Below are positions 39,073 through 54,993 of a DNA stretch of 64,000 nucleotides, piece by piece (positions within the stretch are counted from its first letter, which is position 1; every line of letters starts with the position of its first letter). Position numbers and translations under genes: made by a program. This stretch comes from Tubiluchus corallicola. Lineage: Eukaryota; Animalia; Priapulida. The stretch covers positions 51,336 through 115,335 of the forward strand of contig JAQGDQ010000671.1 in the NCBI GenBank assembly GCA_030141605.1, given 5' to 3'. The notes below the pieces were generated by a model. It saw nothing but the letters and a program-made list of their open reading frames with translations. It ran no database searches and was not told where the DNA came from.

Positions 39073-40335
39073 AAGTAGTAAATTTATTTTCGTTAATAAA
39101 TTACACGTGTTTACTACAACTGATCAATTTTTTTTCAATTTTAACAATATTCATCTAGAATGAGACACTCTACCCCGTTTCACTGCACGTATGCTCTATG
39201 ATACAAGACGTCATAACTCAGTGAGACAAATAGTCAAGCCAGTTTAACAAATAAAAATAGTTCATTGAAATTTCAATGCATTCACCCATCCACACTCTGC
39301 CCAAGGTTGTCGTGACTTAACTAAGGTAATCAAGCACGCGCCACGATCACTCACTTATTTTTCTTTCCACCTACCCTAATTATAAAGCAGTTCTCTTCCA
39401 CTTCACTCAGCAAACGTGTCAGGTGTTCTGAACATTTATTTTTATGTGATTACCTCGTTGGACGCCTGGCAGGTGATATGATTCATAGTTTAGCAAAAAC
39501 CTCTCGATAATCGCTGAAAGGCGCGTAGTTCAATAGCTTCTTTGGAAACAAATTATGTGGCTACTCTTCTAAGAACTGATCAATCAACGGTTACTTATCG
39601 ATCAAAACATAATAAATAGCTAATTTTGGTACATGTATATCTAAAGTTAAAGTTCACGTACTGCCTCCTCAAGAAGTGTGCTTGTGAAAGGGTCAAGGTC
39701 TTGCAGTAATCGTCCTGTACGCCTTCATTCGTTGTAACAGTCGCTCTAACGAAGTGGTAAACCATAGAATTATAATGGTGTGGTCAGTCTGTTTGTATGT
39801 CTTTCGCCAGCTTTTCTCAGCCCTGAGTAATCTAAGAAGTTGATACTTGGCATACTGGCAGGGTGTGGGTCAAACTCGAAGCCTACAAATTTTCGGTTAA
39901 TCAGTGCAAATTTGGATTTCTTGTAGTTTTTAAATATCCACGTGTGACAACTCGTACTGCAATCTGCCGACACAACCAAACGAATTATGACCCATTACTC
40001 ACTAGCAAGAGCTCCGGTAATAATAAAATTACCTATGTTTCCAAATGTCGTATGAGTCCAATTTACCTTGTGTCCAAATTCCCATGTGTCCAAATGTCCT
40101 TGTGTCCAAATTCCCATGTGTCCAAATGTCCTTGTGTCCAAATGTCTTATGTGTCGAATTGTCCTATATGTCCAAATGTCCTTGTGTCCAAATGTCCAAT
40201 GTGTCTAAATTACCTTGTGTCGAAATGTCCTATCTGTCCAAACGTCTTTGTGTTCAAGTGCCCCATGTATCGAAGCAACCTGTGTCCAAAATGTTTGTGT
40301 CAAAATAGCCTGTGTCTAAAACCGTTGTCCGAAAC
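38130..40335. repeat. Degenerate (ggacatttggacaca)n minisatellite blocks at 38130-38340 and 38715-38918 (forward) and 40035-40330 (reverse), with (AGT)n at 38924-39078
   Basis: Directly visible 15-17 bp units; the third block is the reverse complement (tgtgtccaaatgtcc). Confidence 0.85.
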
Positions 40336-42001
40336 TACTGTCACCGATGAGTACAAAAATGAGTTTACAATTTTTATAATAAAATAAACGTTATGGATAG
40401 TCTTCTAAGTGAAGAAATTAATGTTTCGTAAGTTTGTTAACTATTTTTCCACTAAAAGCAGCTAGCTTTAATTTTTTCTGGCGCCTACAAGAATATGGAT
40501 TCATCTTCTTGATGTTACTTTCCAAATATTTGTAATGTTCAGAATGTCTGTAAGTATTGATAAGAATTTTACTATTTTTAGATCTACGTACGAACGATGT
40601 TTGATGTTTGCCCTGGTTTGCATTTGCAAATTAGTTTTAGTTGAGTAGTTGAGCCTGGAATTTACAATGTTAAGATTGAAAGCACAGTGCTATATTTCTC
40701 GACTTAAACATTACTCTGCTAAATAAGTCGATTCTAGTACAGAGTAAGCAACCTACGTGGTTTGACTTGATATGTTGACATGTTCGCAGAAGCTATTGTT
40801 CCTAATAAAGATTATTGTGAAAGTTGGTAAATTGGCGCAGGTTAATGAAGTGAGGATTTTGCACTGTGGCTCCACCTTTTAAAGGGAAGTTAAACTTGCT
40901 AAATTATAGATATACTACCTGTCACCTGACATAATACTTGACTGTTCAGCTTTTTAACTTCCGTAATAAATTAATAATAGATCAATATTCGGTAACAGTT
41001 ATCTAACTAGGCACAGTCACTCAAATTCATCTATACATTCTTTCGTAAAAAGTGGAAAAAGTTGAGTGCTTCTTTCGTAGGGCTGGCTGTCTAAGCAAAA
41101 TTATTTTAGGGCCTCCTCCTCAACCACTTCCCCGTGGTCCCTACTCCATCGGCGGATGATCGGACCCCAAAATGGAATTTTTGTTATATATAATATAGTA
41201 TAACGGTATCTAACCGGCTTATACATAGTGTACTGATAAAGCTTGTCACTTGTTTTGATTGAATTTAACATTCAATTGATTACCATATTGTCCTGAGTCT
41301 TCAGGAGCAATCAAAATTCCTCCAATGTGAATTTCTGCTGCACGTTCTTCAGGTACAGCACATACTTTTGGCTGGATTTTCCCTCAGTCTTTTCATCTGA
41401 AAATTTTAAAAAACCTAACTCCTCTTTCACGTACATTTTTCATCATCTTCACAACCATAATTCTGATCTCTGGTTGCAAACACTTCATTAACGAATTTTT
41501 TTTGGTGTTCAATGTCCACCAGCATTTTTACTTTTTTGTTTACCTATCACGCTCCTGAGGGCTGCGATTCCTTATAAATCAAGTATAAACGCACATTGCT
41601 ATGCAAGAAACTTTTTTTATTAAGGATCCGCTGCTATTATCGATTACTTATATTAGCTCTGCTGCTCCACGGATATAGTAAAACAATGGGCAAATGCAGG
41701 GTAACTCATCAGCAGTGTCTGTGTGAATGATGTAATATTAGGAAGCCAGGTAAAGTGAAAGTAGAACGTGTTTTGTTGCAGGAAGACACTACTGTATTAA
41801 TGTGGATGAATCATGCATTTTGGCATGAAAAAAACAAGAAATTCGTTTCACTTAATTATTGTTGTGCACTAAAATAATTACGCATGCAGGATGTTATTGC
41901 TTATCGCATTTACGCCAAACTTAAAAATTATCGAATTATTTGGCGCCCTAGACCTCTGCCTAATTTGCCTATTGGTAAAGCCGGCTGTGTTCTTTCGTCA
42001 T

Positions 42002-43016
42002 ATACATGCGTGAAATCAACACTCAATTAGAACTGGGATTCAAACCCATACCTTCTGCTATCCAGGCAGCTACTATTTAAGTATGGCTATCATAGCTGTT
42101 ATGTCTGCAGCTCAAATGGCCCATGTGATGGTATTTCAAGAAAAATCAAATCCATAGTTTCTGCCCGTTACGACATTTAGCGCCTTTTGGCTCATATTTT
42201 ATCTAGTTTACCATTGCAGAGTACCATTAAATTATTGCATTCATTTCTATTGCAGTATTTGATTACAAGGACAACGTAAAACAAACAACAGCTTTTTTTA
42301 ATTAGATAAATATTCACTTTATACCAAAAAAATATTAGTCTTCGTTCACAGCAACATAAAATCCCCTAAACAATAGTCCACTTTGATATATACCTATAAT
42401 TATTATTGTTATCAAATACACATACGATATTTTGATGCACTTTTCGTAAATATGTCAAACATGCAGTAAAATGTTGTTAAGCAATCACCTAGGCAGACAT
42501 GAATTCATACATGCGTGAAATCAACACTCAATTAGAACTGGGATTCAAACCCATACCTTCTGCTATCCAGGCAGCTACTATTTAAGTATGGCTATCATAG
42601 CTGTTATGGCTACAGCTCAAATGGCCCATGTGATGGTATTTCAAGAAAAATCAAATCCATAGTTTCTGCCCGTTACGACATTTAGCGCCTTTTGGCTCAT
42701 ATTTTATCTAGTTTACCATTGCAGAGTACCATTAAATTATTGCATTCATTTCTATTGCAGTATTTGATTACAAGGACAACGTAAAACAAACAACAGCTTT
42801 TTTTAATTAGATATATATTCACTTTATACCAAAAAAATATTAGTCTTCGTTCACAGCAACATAAAATCCCCTAAACAATAGTCCACTTTGATATATACCT
42901 ATAATTATTATTGTTATCAAATACACATACGATATTTTGATGCACTTTTCGTAAATATGTCAAACATGCAGTAAAATGTTGTTAAGCAATCACCTAGGCA
43001 GACATGAATTCATACA
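42002..43016. repeat. Tandem direct duplication, 505-bp unit x2
   Basis: 42002-42506 and 42507-43011 are identical except for three substitutions I could see, with ataca microhomology at the junctions. Confidence 0.95.
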
Positions 43017-43560
43017 CGCATACAAGTATTCGTTTCAGAAGTTTTTATGTCACTCTATACGCAGCTTAGAGTAAAATGAGAAGGACGTTCTTGTCTACCT
43101 AGGTGATTGCTTCACAACATTTTAAAAATGCTTACAAAGATTTTTACCAAGCAAGCACTGTTTTTAAGCCGTAAAAACCCTTTCCTTTTAACAGGTGTAA
43201 ATCTTTTTTTCGATTTGCTATAGCGTATAGATCGATAAATTTGTTTCTTGTTTGCCCGAAATGACGTCTTGGAGTTTTTCTGTGGAAACAGTCACGCATG
43301 CTGTATTGATAAACGACATAGTACGTCAGAGATGAATGCCAAGCAATATGTCAGTTCACAGGTTTCGTACAATAATATTAAAACAATTAAAAATAATAAG
43401 GCAACTATTCACGATTACAACAATACATAAAATTAGTAATATTATTTCGCACTTTAGCAGTTAAAATGCAAACACACAAGAAACACAATTGTTATTATGC
43501 CTTTAATTATCCAATCCGCCCCAATTCTGCTCCTACACGTTATCAGCGGATTTGAAGGCG

Positions 43561-43604
<44 letters not shown>

Positions 43605-44599
43605 CTCTCTCTCGCTCTCTCTCTCTCTTGCAACAAAGTTTTTTTGAAAAATATTGTGGTTATAAATTTTGATCAATCTGTGTGCAAAACTCATGAGCTA
43701 TAGTAAAAAAGTAGTAGTGAGTGCGTATCATGTTGGTACACGGCGGCTACATATTTGGGCGTGAATCAGACCGACTGTTGTTTCGCTGTCGTTTTACAGG
43801 CCCAGTTGAGAGTCCACTGTGGCATAGCGGACACGTGCGGCAATCTGAAACAAACAAACAAATGAACAGACGCAATGGTAAGGAACATTACATTTTGTGA
43901 AGTCTTTATTTGCTCATTTTATTTTACATCGGTATTTACACTTTACAAATTCTGTTAAAATTCAAATTACTCAAATATGAGTAAATTTCTGTGAGTCTGC
44001 TAGAAAAATCCGGTGATCCGGATTACTCTGTCCGTCACACTTTTTCCTATTCCAGAGTATCTATCCAATTGATAAAGTATTTATCCAACTGAGTTGAAAT
44101 TTTGTAGAATGATTAGCTAGGATGTGCGTCCTTGATTCAAAACCAAAAAAAATAGTAAAAATTCGTTAATTAGAGCTGTTTAGTTAATTAATTTTAAATT
44201 AAATCAGTTCTAAAGGCATTTATCTGATTAAGCTGTAGTTTGGTAAGCTGATTAGTTTGGATAGGTTTGGTGGAAAATAAAAAAATGTAGAAATCGTAGC
44301 AATTAGTTAACTAGGTAATTAATTAGAGCTGTTATTAATTTCAAATGGATTTAAGTTGCATGTTCGCATGGTATACCTTGACGTTCGGGTTCTCAATTTT
44401 TTAGGGAAATTTTTGTTTATAAAAATGAAACAGAATCTACATACTTTATGCAGGATTCATGCAATATTATGTTTATTTTTTGCATACTCCAGAGAGCAAT
44501 ACTTTACTAGGCTTGTCGTGAAAGGTTTTAAATTTTTCTGCACTTGTTGGCACTGAATAAAAATCCCAGGTGATGCTGAAATAATCGAAATTATCGAAA

Positions 44600-46338
44600 A
44601 CATTAAAACCCAAAAATTTGTGTGGTTTCGATGGAATACTCAGTAAAGTACTAGCGTTATTTTAAAAGAAAATAGCGGTACCATTGGCTACTATCTTCAA
44701 TATTTCTTGTCAAAGTGGAATATTCTCAAAACATCTGAAGTGTTTTAAAGTGATACGTATTCATAAATCTTAATTTACTTAAGTCCTTAATAACTACAGA
44801 TCAACATCTACATTGACTACTGTGTCAAAAATGATAGAAAGATTGGTATTTCATCGCGTCACTAACTTTGTTAATGAGAATATTATTTTATATGACTATC
44901 AGTTTGACTTTCGTGAATCCCGCTCGACTAAGTTTCTTTTGTTTGAAATTACTGTATGAAGTAATTTCTTTTGTTCGTATGTATGAAGCTCTTGATAATA
45001 AAAATATCACTTAGCCTATTTATTGATCTAATTAAAGCTTTTGACACAGTTGATTTCTGGAAAAACTATACCCTGGAAAAGTTACTGAATTACTGTGGGT
45101 GGAAAATTGCTTATTTGACAGATAACAGATCGCTGAAATTCATAGTATTTGGTCTGAACCTATGAAAATTATTTATGGTGTACCGCAAGGTATTTTGGGA
45201 CCCTGCCTTTTTTGGTTTACATCACTGATCTGCCTAACATTTCTAGACTACTCAGTTCTAGATTATTTGCAGATGATGCGAATATCTTTTACGAAAAAAA
45301 CGAACTATAAATTATCATTAAACTTAAAAGAAAGGGACCTATGTTATTTTTAGAGGTAGACTGTCATAAATACTGAAAATTTTCACGTTTGTCTTATGTA
45401 GTTATGTAGAAAAAAGGAATTATGCTACATAGTTAAGAGTAATTGTAGACACAAAGTGACATTGAAATAACATATAAATTACATAAAGGTAAAACTTGCT
45501 CAGTCTTCTGGTGTATTATACAAATTAGGCTTGTATACTCATGCGAAAACACTTGTAAAAGTCTACTTTGCTATTGTTTACCCCTTTTATTAGCTTCGGA
45601 TGATGGAGTTTTGGATCTGCTTAGATGCGAATCACAAACCTCTACAAACTTTATAAACCAAATATACTAGAACCATTTATAAACTGTCACAATTAACAAG
45701 TCGTAATCACAAGTAGTATAGGTATCTAAAAGCCAACGAACTGTATCACAGTGAATGTCTACTGTTTCTGTACAAGTACTATAATGGGTTCCTTCCTCCT
45801 ACATTTGTCAATTATTTAACTCCCATGTGACAAAATTTACTATTTTGCTCGTAGAGCTATTGGCAACTTTTATCCTCCTGTCACCCATATTAGTTACGGA
45901 TACCGATCCTTCTATCATATACTGCTATGTAACAATGGGCTCAAATTCCTCCTTCAGCAAGAGAACATCAATTACGGCAGTTTAAAAAGTATATATTTCA
46001 TTTGTTACTAACTCGTTACCTAACCTGCTAGTTACTATTTTACGTGTTCCTAATCATATTTGTTTTCTTGCTGTCATTAACTGTTTTTATAGTTGGACTT
46101 TGCCTTAACTGTGAGATGTTTTGTATGCATTCTTCTGTCTACACCATGTATTTGCGTAGTCACCGGGTGAGTTTCGAAAGCTCAGGCTCCTACTCTCCTC
46201 AAGGCTAATTTGTATAATTTTCAAGTCGTACCTGATTTTTTATTGTAATGTGATTATCATTATGTATATAGTTGGAATTTTTTGTGATACGAATCAGCCA
46301 AATAAAAAATTATTGAGTTGAAGTGAATTGAACTGAAT
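44600..46338 (+). mobile_element. Decayed CR1/L2-like LINE (RT plus 3' UTR)
   Basis: RT motifs LFIDLIKAFDTVD, YGVPQGILGPCLF and RLFADDA occur in shifting frames. The 3' end has aataaa plus a (gaatt/gaact) repeat tail. Confidence 0.85.
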
Positions 46339-46813
46339 AGCTACCTGTCTCTGTATATTACTCTAATTGCTGTCCGTTCATAATTGTAACATTCTGGAAA
46401 GCAGACAGCACACATAAGTGGCAAACTACAAAACACTTTACTTGTGTAAAATCGAACAAAATGCTCGAACCAGAGTGTAGTAATGCTAGTACTGACGCAG
46501 GATGCGCATTACGTGTAAAGGTTGCACAGTTATTTTTATCCGCGACGTTTGCATTTTACTGGGAAATATTTGTCAATCAATTCCTCGCGGCAAGAATTGC
46601 TATTTCCTACTGCATTTACAAGCCTGCGGGGTCTACTATGTATTAACAGATTAGTAAACGATTTATTCTTGTATACCTTACAAAACGTATAGCTATTGCT
46701 ATAATAATGCGGAAATGGCTAATCACATACGCGCAAAGATACTCTTCATAAGCTATCTATGTAAAGACCTGTTTGAGTGGGCAGATCCAGGCTGAGGCCT
46801 AATTCTTGACAAA

Positions 46814-47172
<359 letters not shown>

Positions 47173-47174
47173 CT

Positions 47175-47535
47175 CAGTGTATCTTTTCGCTAATGCATCA
47201 TTTCGCCAGTTTATCATTTCGTCAGTCTATTATTTCGCCAGTTGGCAATAGAAATAGTGCAATGTCATGTGCTTTGCGGGTGTTCTCAAACTGCTCATCT
47301 TCGTCAAGACAACCTAGAAATATACTTTGCCAATTTGCCTTCCTTTTTTAAAATAGCCCTAAAACAATGTGCCAATGATAAGCTAATTAGAGACAGTTTC
47401 GCTGACAAAACAAAAAATAAGTTACTTCGCTCGCGAGCACATATACGATAGATGAGTGTCTTAATTACAATTAAAAAAATCCTATTGGCAGCATAATGAT
47501 GCACTGGCAAATTGTGCCCTGGCGAAGTGACATAC
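47175..47535. mobile_element. Second copy of the tttcgccagt-subrepeat MITE
   Basis: Shares catttcgccagt subrepeats and the terminal gccctggcgaagtgacataca with 3822-4082. Confidence 0.55.
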
Positions 47536-50500
47536 AATGAGTTTTGGCTGAACATTAACACATTATTAACTTACCTCTTCACTATATTTAGATTCTATGC
47601 CCCGAATCCAATTCTCGGATAAATCATTCTCGTCGATTTCTTGTCCCAATTCATCGCACTCATTCGGAATAACCTGCAATTACGTAATTACAAAATCAAA
47701 TTTAGTTGTAAGTCGAGCGTTCCGTATGAATTTTTGAAAATGCGACCACTCTCTTCTTTTGCTCTGAATTAAAAACATTTTTGTGTACAGTGGCTTGCCA
47801 GCCCATTTATTTCATATTGACACCCGACCCCCACCCAAGCTAAAGACACTAATACAATAAACCCTCGCTATGAAGGGCTTGATATAACAGACCATATCTG
47901 CTGTCCCGTTACATTTCTACAATGTTACCATTCTCTAAGAATTACCTTTGTGTTATCACCATTAGCATTTCTAGTTACAGTGTCTGATAAGGAAAAATGA
48001 AAGTGGAGAACAAAAACAAAGCTGGGATGCTGTTCATTTCCAAAAATGACTCGCCCCAGCTTTAATGCTCTGCATTTTTTGCATTTGTACAATTTATAAA
48101 TCAGTTCTTGGAATCAAATGAGACCCCTTATCTTGATATGAATGATATTTGAATGATGGGGTAGATTTATTTTAGTTATTTTTCATCATATTCTCATGTT
48201 TCTTACAATGTGTTGCATTTTTGCAGATAGACTAGTAAAGTAGTATTAGTAAAGCAAACTAAGCTAACCAAAAAATCAAAGCAAAACTGATTAGACAAAG
48301 CTACACATTCTTTCATGAAACAGAAATTACCAATATCTAAATAATGATTTTTCTGGTTGTAAACTGGCACAAATGGAAAAGTAGGAAAAATCTCACGTAC
48401 GTTATTTTGATGCAAATAATTTGTAGGATGTGCTTAGTATAAGAAGTAGATCGCTGCCAAGGTATAAAATGAAAAGCTAAATATAAAACAAAGATAAACA
48501 AGCAAAACCACAAAAATGCATTTGCATAAGTATTATATAGAGTAGTAAAAGACTGGCACAACATATTTTGTTCATTAAAAGAATTATAAGCAATAATGCA
48601 CGAACTTTCCACTAGTGTTTGTCTACATTTCTTTAATCATTTGGCGATAGTAATAGACTATAAGGCTATATACATGTATAACCAAAGATTATAGACCGCG
48701 TTATGGCGCGTTCAGATGTAGAGACTTCTCTCACCACGTGTTGCGCAACTTCTCTTTCAGAGAAGTTGCCAACTATGCCATACACACGTTGCAACAAAAG
48801 TTGCGAGAAAAGTTGTCAAGCCGTTCACACGTTGCAACTTTACTCTCAGAAAAAAGTTGAGCTACAAGTTGTGAGAGTTCTTTGCTCTGGTGGAGATGAT
48901 AAAAAAGAATTACTCTATCTTATAGCTCAGTCTTTCTTTTTCCAAAGAGCTATAACACTCCCTAGAGACCTTCTCGAAGTGCTTCACGAATGTTTCTTGT
49001 ACGTGGTGTTCGGCCTAGTTTTGTGAAAGAAAAAAATTGGCGAAAAAGCGCCCATTTTGGCTGTTTTTACCCCTCCCACTGGCCCAGGAGGTTTAAATTT
49101 TCAAGTTTTGTATAGCGTTATTGCTAATATCTTTTTTCTTGAATGGAAGCTGTGGACTGTAACACTCATCGTAACATATGTGATACTTTGCGTAGTTATT
49201 TTGCTTGATTTCCGACAGAAACTGGATTAAACGATTATATGTCGTTTATCCAGTTACCTTTTCGCCAGTCTACTTTTTCGCTAATCTATCTTTTCGCCAG
49301 TGTAAACATGACTAACAATGACTTACCTATATATTTAGAAGTCACCATTAACACATTAGGTATTGACTTGGTTTCATTTAAACGCTTTGTGATCGGAAGA
49401 TCTAAAACCTATAGAGGCGTACCATATGTCACTGGATTAGCAATGAAACGAAGAATTCTGACGCAGTGCGCCAGAGTCGCGAGTCAAGTTTTCTTTAGCG
49501 ACAACACTGCAATAAATAAGATGTCCGGCCGAAAATTTGACATTCAGGATCTGCTATTATTTTCGTTCTGCGACGTTTAGTTTCTAAGATACGCATCTTT
49601 TTGAATAACTCAAAAACTATGCAATGCTACTTGGACAAATTTGGTGTGCTTGTGGCCAGGGTAAAGGGCCATCTTGGCGTATAATTTCGGATCGTGAACC
49701 TTTGACCCGCCTGAGTTATGACCAGAAATCGCTAAAATATGTCCTTTTTGATAAATCCTTACTCCTACAAGAAGCGCCACCTACCATAATAGCGCCCAGT
49801 GGCGATTGTCCTATCAATTTTCAATCGAAAGATGTGGCACACAGTCGCCACCGCTACAAGCCTGCCACGCTACGGCCGTTTTTCTGGACGCATGTCGGTA
49901 CCATACTTATATAGCACGTATTGTCATAGTGAGGATTTTCTTTTCGCTGTTGCCAAATAATGCAGATAACGACATATTATTCGCAGTCAGTAATGTCCGC
50001 CAAACTGGCTATCCACGCGCAAAATTTCGTCTTCATAGCTTTCATGGTTCTTGAATTATAGTCAAAACAATGTGCAAGATGGCCCTGCCTCCGTCTTCTA
50101 GCCAGTAATCTTTTCGCCTAGCCGTTCAGGATTCGTGCAGGCCAGGTTATCTAAGTAAATCCTAAACCGTATAATTCTATTATTAATTATTTTCAATTTT
50201 CATAAAAAAATTAGTTGAACTGTTTGATGATGTACCTGTTCTGAAATCAGATTTTAGCTGTATGTTCAATGCCATCGTTTTATGCATTACTGTATCATGT
50301 GATTGAAGCCAAGTAGACCAAATTTTTTACCTATCGAGCTCGTCCAGAAATTCTTCTCTAAGCTGCCGAGTTGTGCAGACGTTCCGTGTCGTAACGATTG
50401 TTTAGTAGTTTCAGTGTTTGCTTGCAGACAAGAAATCTGTCAGCATGTGTATGATGTATATGATAGCTGCTTCTTAACGATGAAACTTATCTGTTACGGA

Positions 50501-50579
50501 TGATACCTACCTGATGCACATGATATTTACCAAGCAATGCAAGGTCGAAATACTGAATCGGAAAGAATTTTAGTACACA

Positions 50580-51538
<959 letters not shown>

Positions 51539-51626
51539 ACGCTCTTGCTTTTCCCCCATATCACTGTAGCCACTGTACTTCTCTTACACTTTGCAAAGTT
51601 GAGTTTGTTTATTTTACGGTTATCAC

Positions 51627-52239
51627 TTAAATAAAGACAGGAAGATTTTTCACATACTACCCCATTTTCAAGTCCGATAAAAACTATACATTTTAACACA
51701 ATTAAAACTGCAAAAGCGTTTCTGAAAATTAAGTGATAGATTAAAAACTTAATTAACGGCGGGCGAGCCCCACTGTTCATGACATCACAAACGAACATAA
51801 TTTTTAACAGTAAAAATATTCCATGAGCGTGTTGCACGTGTTTGCGAAAGCGAAAATTGAAGTATAGTGCTACTGTAAGATATTCAGTGTGTTGTAATAA
51901 AACTAAGCATGTTTTAAGATAAAAATTCAAATTACAAATTTACCGCTCTGCTCACGCCTGAGTTGTACGTCACAAACTAACACATCTGAACTGAGAGGTA
52001 TAGCACACGTTTTCTGTGCAATGTGTTTCCAAAATGCTGGCGTTAGTGCCTGTCTAACTAGCGAATGGCGAAATGCAGGTAACAGCGAAGAACTAGTGAC
52101 GCGAACACGAAATTGTGTTTGTGCGGTAATAATTCTTCCACGTAAGTCATTTTTGAAAAAATAATACGTTTCCTTTCAATATTTTAAAGAATAAATTATT
52201 TTGAACTACAATTTAACATTGGGTCCAGCTTTGCTTTAA
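51627..52239 (-). mobile_element. TTAA-flanked non-autonomous DNA transposon family 1 (Kolobok-like)
   Basis: Reverse complement of 57319-57913 over its whole length; both ends are bounded by TTAA. Confidence 0.7.
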
Positions 52240-53810
52240 TAAATTAATTCCCAAACATAAAGTTTAGCACCAGTGACTACTGTATTGTGGTGTTACAAGT
52301 AGATTAACATTCACAAAAATGTCCAAGAATTCAGCAACAGAGAATGCCAAACAAAATCTGATACACTGGCTCACATGGGAAGACCTCGATGACGTAAACA
52401 AACAAACAATCACGTCACAGCGTAAACAAATAAACAGGTCACGGTGTTAATTCACTGCACGCTTTTCAGCAATGCTATGCCTTCCCTAACATGCCAGGAA
52501 TTCTCCCAGGGCTGATGCCCCCGGGCGTTGCCTACCACCCACCCACCCCCCTACACGTTTGCAGAGTCAGAGTCAGAAAAGCGGCTTATTTGTTCGCTGA
52601 AATTACCAGCTAAATGCAAAACTTCTAATCCCCCTCGAGACTTGTTCGTTGCAAAGAATGAAGACTGGTACACAATTCTGCATCCTTATCTACTGATAAA
52701 TGGATGAAAATGTCTAGTTACTTGTCCAACTTTTTTCAAACACTTTCCTCTTCCAAGTCCTTATTAGTTAACACAAACAAAACCGAATTAAAGCACAAGA
52801 CAACACTCTTAATCAGTAAAATGTAAAATCGTCTTGAAATTTCGCATCATTTACACGTTGTCCTAAGACGTGCACAGCTGTATTAGCAGCAATATCTGTT
52901 GTATACAGAGCTTGCGTTAACAGTAACGATGTATAAAACTTCTAAATTTAAGCTCCCACGATGACAGCTAGGCGCAGCCATTTTAACTGAAAGTCATTTG
53001 AAACAAGCTTAGATTAACGTCGTCAAAAATTTGAAAAAATAGTCAGAGCATTCGTAGCGCACACTTCTCGAACGTGTGCACTGCGTCACAACTGAACACT
53101 ACTCAACTGAGACGTGCAACACCTGTCTTTTGAGCAACGTGTTTCTAAGATACAAGCCCATCTAACTAGTCAATGACGAAATGCATGTACCAGCGATGAA
53201 CCAGCCTCACGAACGCGAATCACGTGACAAAAATTCTTTCAACTAACTAAGCAAAAGTACAAATCACTGTATCTTGTCAACAAGATTACAAGTACGTTTT
53301 CTTTTTGGTGAATCAGTGGTGCATACTGGGAAGGTGCACTTAGTCAGTGACATTTTACCAGTTGGCACGAATATTTTAAATTATTAAGAATTTTCTTTCC
53401 TAATTACACAAATCTTTCAAGCAGGTGAGCAATTATTAATGCTAAGTAAGATAACTTTGTATGGTAAGCTCTTACGATACACTTTGAAATCGTTGTATTT
53501 GCTTACCTTTAAAAGTTTCACAATGTAACACACAAGCTTTCCGGTTTTTCGTCTTCTTCTAGCCGGTTTCCAGACAGACAAACCGCAAACGTAGTGCTGC
53601 CCCCTGCCTTCAATTTACAAGCTTCCTGTTACGCAATACTACATTATCCGGGACGCAGTTGTCACCTTCTAAAAGCGGGGCCTTCTAAAAGCGGGCAGAA
53701 ACTACACAGATTTTATCCTATGAAAGACGTTCATAATCTCGTGCTTAGTGTTTTAACAGCACACGTAAAGGTTATTATGATCGATATCTGTGTCAGTCTG
53801 TTCGTCTGTG

Positions 53811-54255
53811 TTTGGTTGGATGGTTGGTTGGTTGGTTAGTTGGTTGGATGGTTTGTTGGTTGGCAGGTTGGTTGGTTGGTTGGTTTTTTGGCTGGTTGGT
53901 TGATTGGTTTGTTGGCAGGTTGGTTGATTGAATGGTTGGTTGGTTGGTTGATTGATTGGTTGGTTGGTTTGTTCGCTGGTTGGTTGATTGGTTTGTTGGT
54001 TGATTGGTTGGTTGATTGGTTGGTTGGTCGGTTGATTGGTTGGTTGGTTGGTTGGTTGGTTGGTTTGTTGGTTGGCTGGTTTGTTAGTTGGTTGATTAGT
54101 TGGTTGGTTGGTTGGTTGGTTGGTGGGTGGTTGATTGGTTGGTTGGTTAGTTAGTTGCTTGTTTAGTTGGTTGGTTGGTTGGTTGGTTAGTTAGTTGCTT
54201 GTTTAGTTGGTTGGTTGGTTTGCTGTGGTTGGTTGGCCGGTTGGCTGGTTGGTTC
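53811..54255. repeat. (TGGT)n degenerate tetranucleotide repeat
   Basis: Direct sequence. Confidence 0.95.
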
Positions 54256-54993
54256 ATTCGATCGTTCGTTTGTTCGGTTATATGTGTGTTTGTTTATATG
54301 CCAGCTTTCTCGCTTATTTATTTATTGACCGGTAGAACAGAACACAAAAGAGAGAAAAAGGCCCATTCTTCCACCAGTGACGTCATTCAACAACTGAAGA
54401 AAAGCAGCACATTGTCAATTTCTGTCAAAAATATACTACTGTCAAAGTTTCTACTAAAAATTAAATAGCCAGTGGGTAAGATTAGGTAAGTTGCAAAAGT
54501 CTGATTAGTTTAGGCAGCGCAGGCTTGCGGAATCACGAAAACCACGTCACTGATCCATCCATTCATTCACGCCTTCGTTCGTCTGTACGTTCGTTTGTCC
54601 GTCCTTCATTTCGCTTATTCATTCATTTGTTCATTTCCTTAACAGCCTACAAACTAGACAGCTCAACCACGGTATTACGCCCCCTATCTGACACAGTCGT
54701 AACAAAAGAACGTTCAGAAATAGCCAGAAGTTACGTCACCAGCTGGGCACAGATTTGCACGGCCATTAACAACAATCAAAGCATGAAAAAAGCCAATGAC
54801 GTCATTCCTGTTTTCTGTATCACAAACCATCAGACTAATTGGTTGTTCTGGTTATGCGAACGTAAACAATCTAAGCTGCTTTCGCAGCGCGCTCTATCGC
54901 TTATGGCGTAGTTGACTACAAGTAATTCGATAGAGCCATTGATCAAGCCTATTAGCTGTCTGTATGGCGCAGCATTAACAACCTTAGTAACTA

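Noticed and set aside
39863-40387. Cys-rich ORFs resembling metallothionein or keratin-associated proteins
   Set aside because: They are translations of the tgtgtccaaatgtcc minisatellite.
41690-41720. Other CTGA[T/A/C]GA hammerhead-core-like words (about 5926, 25079, 41705)
   Set aside because: No helix II followed by GAAA at the right spacing.
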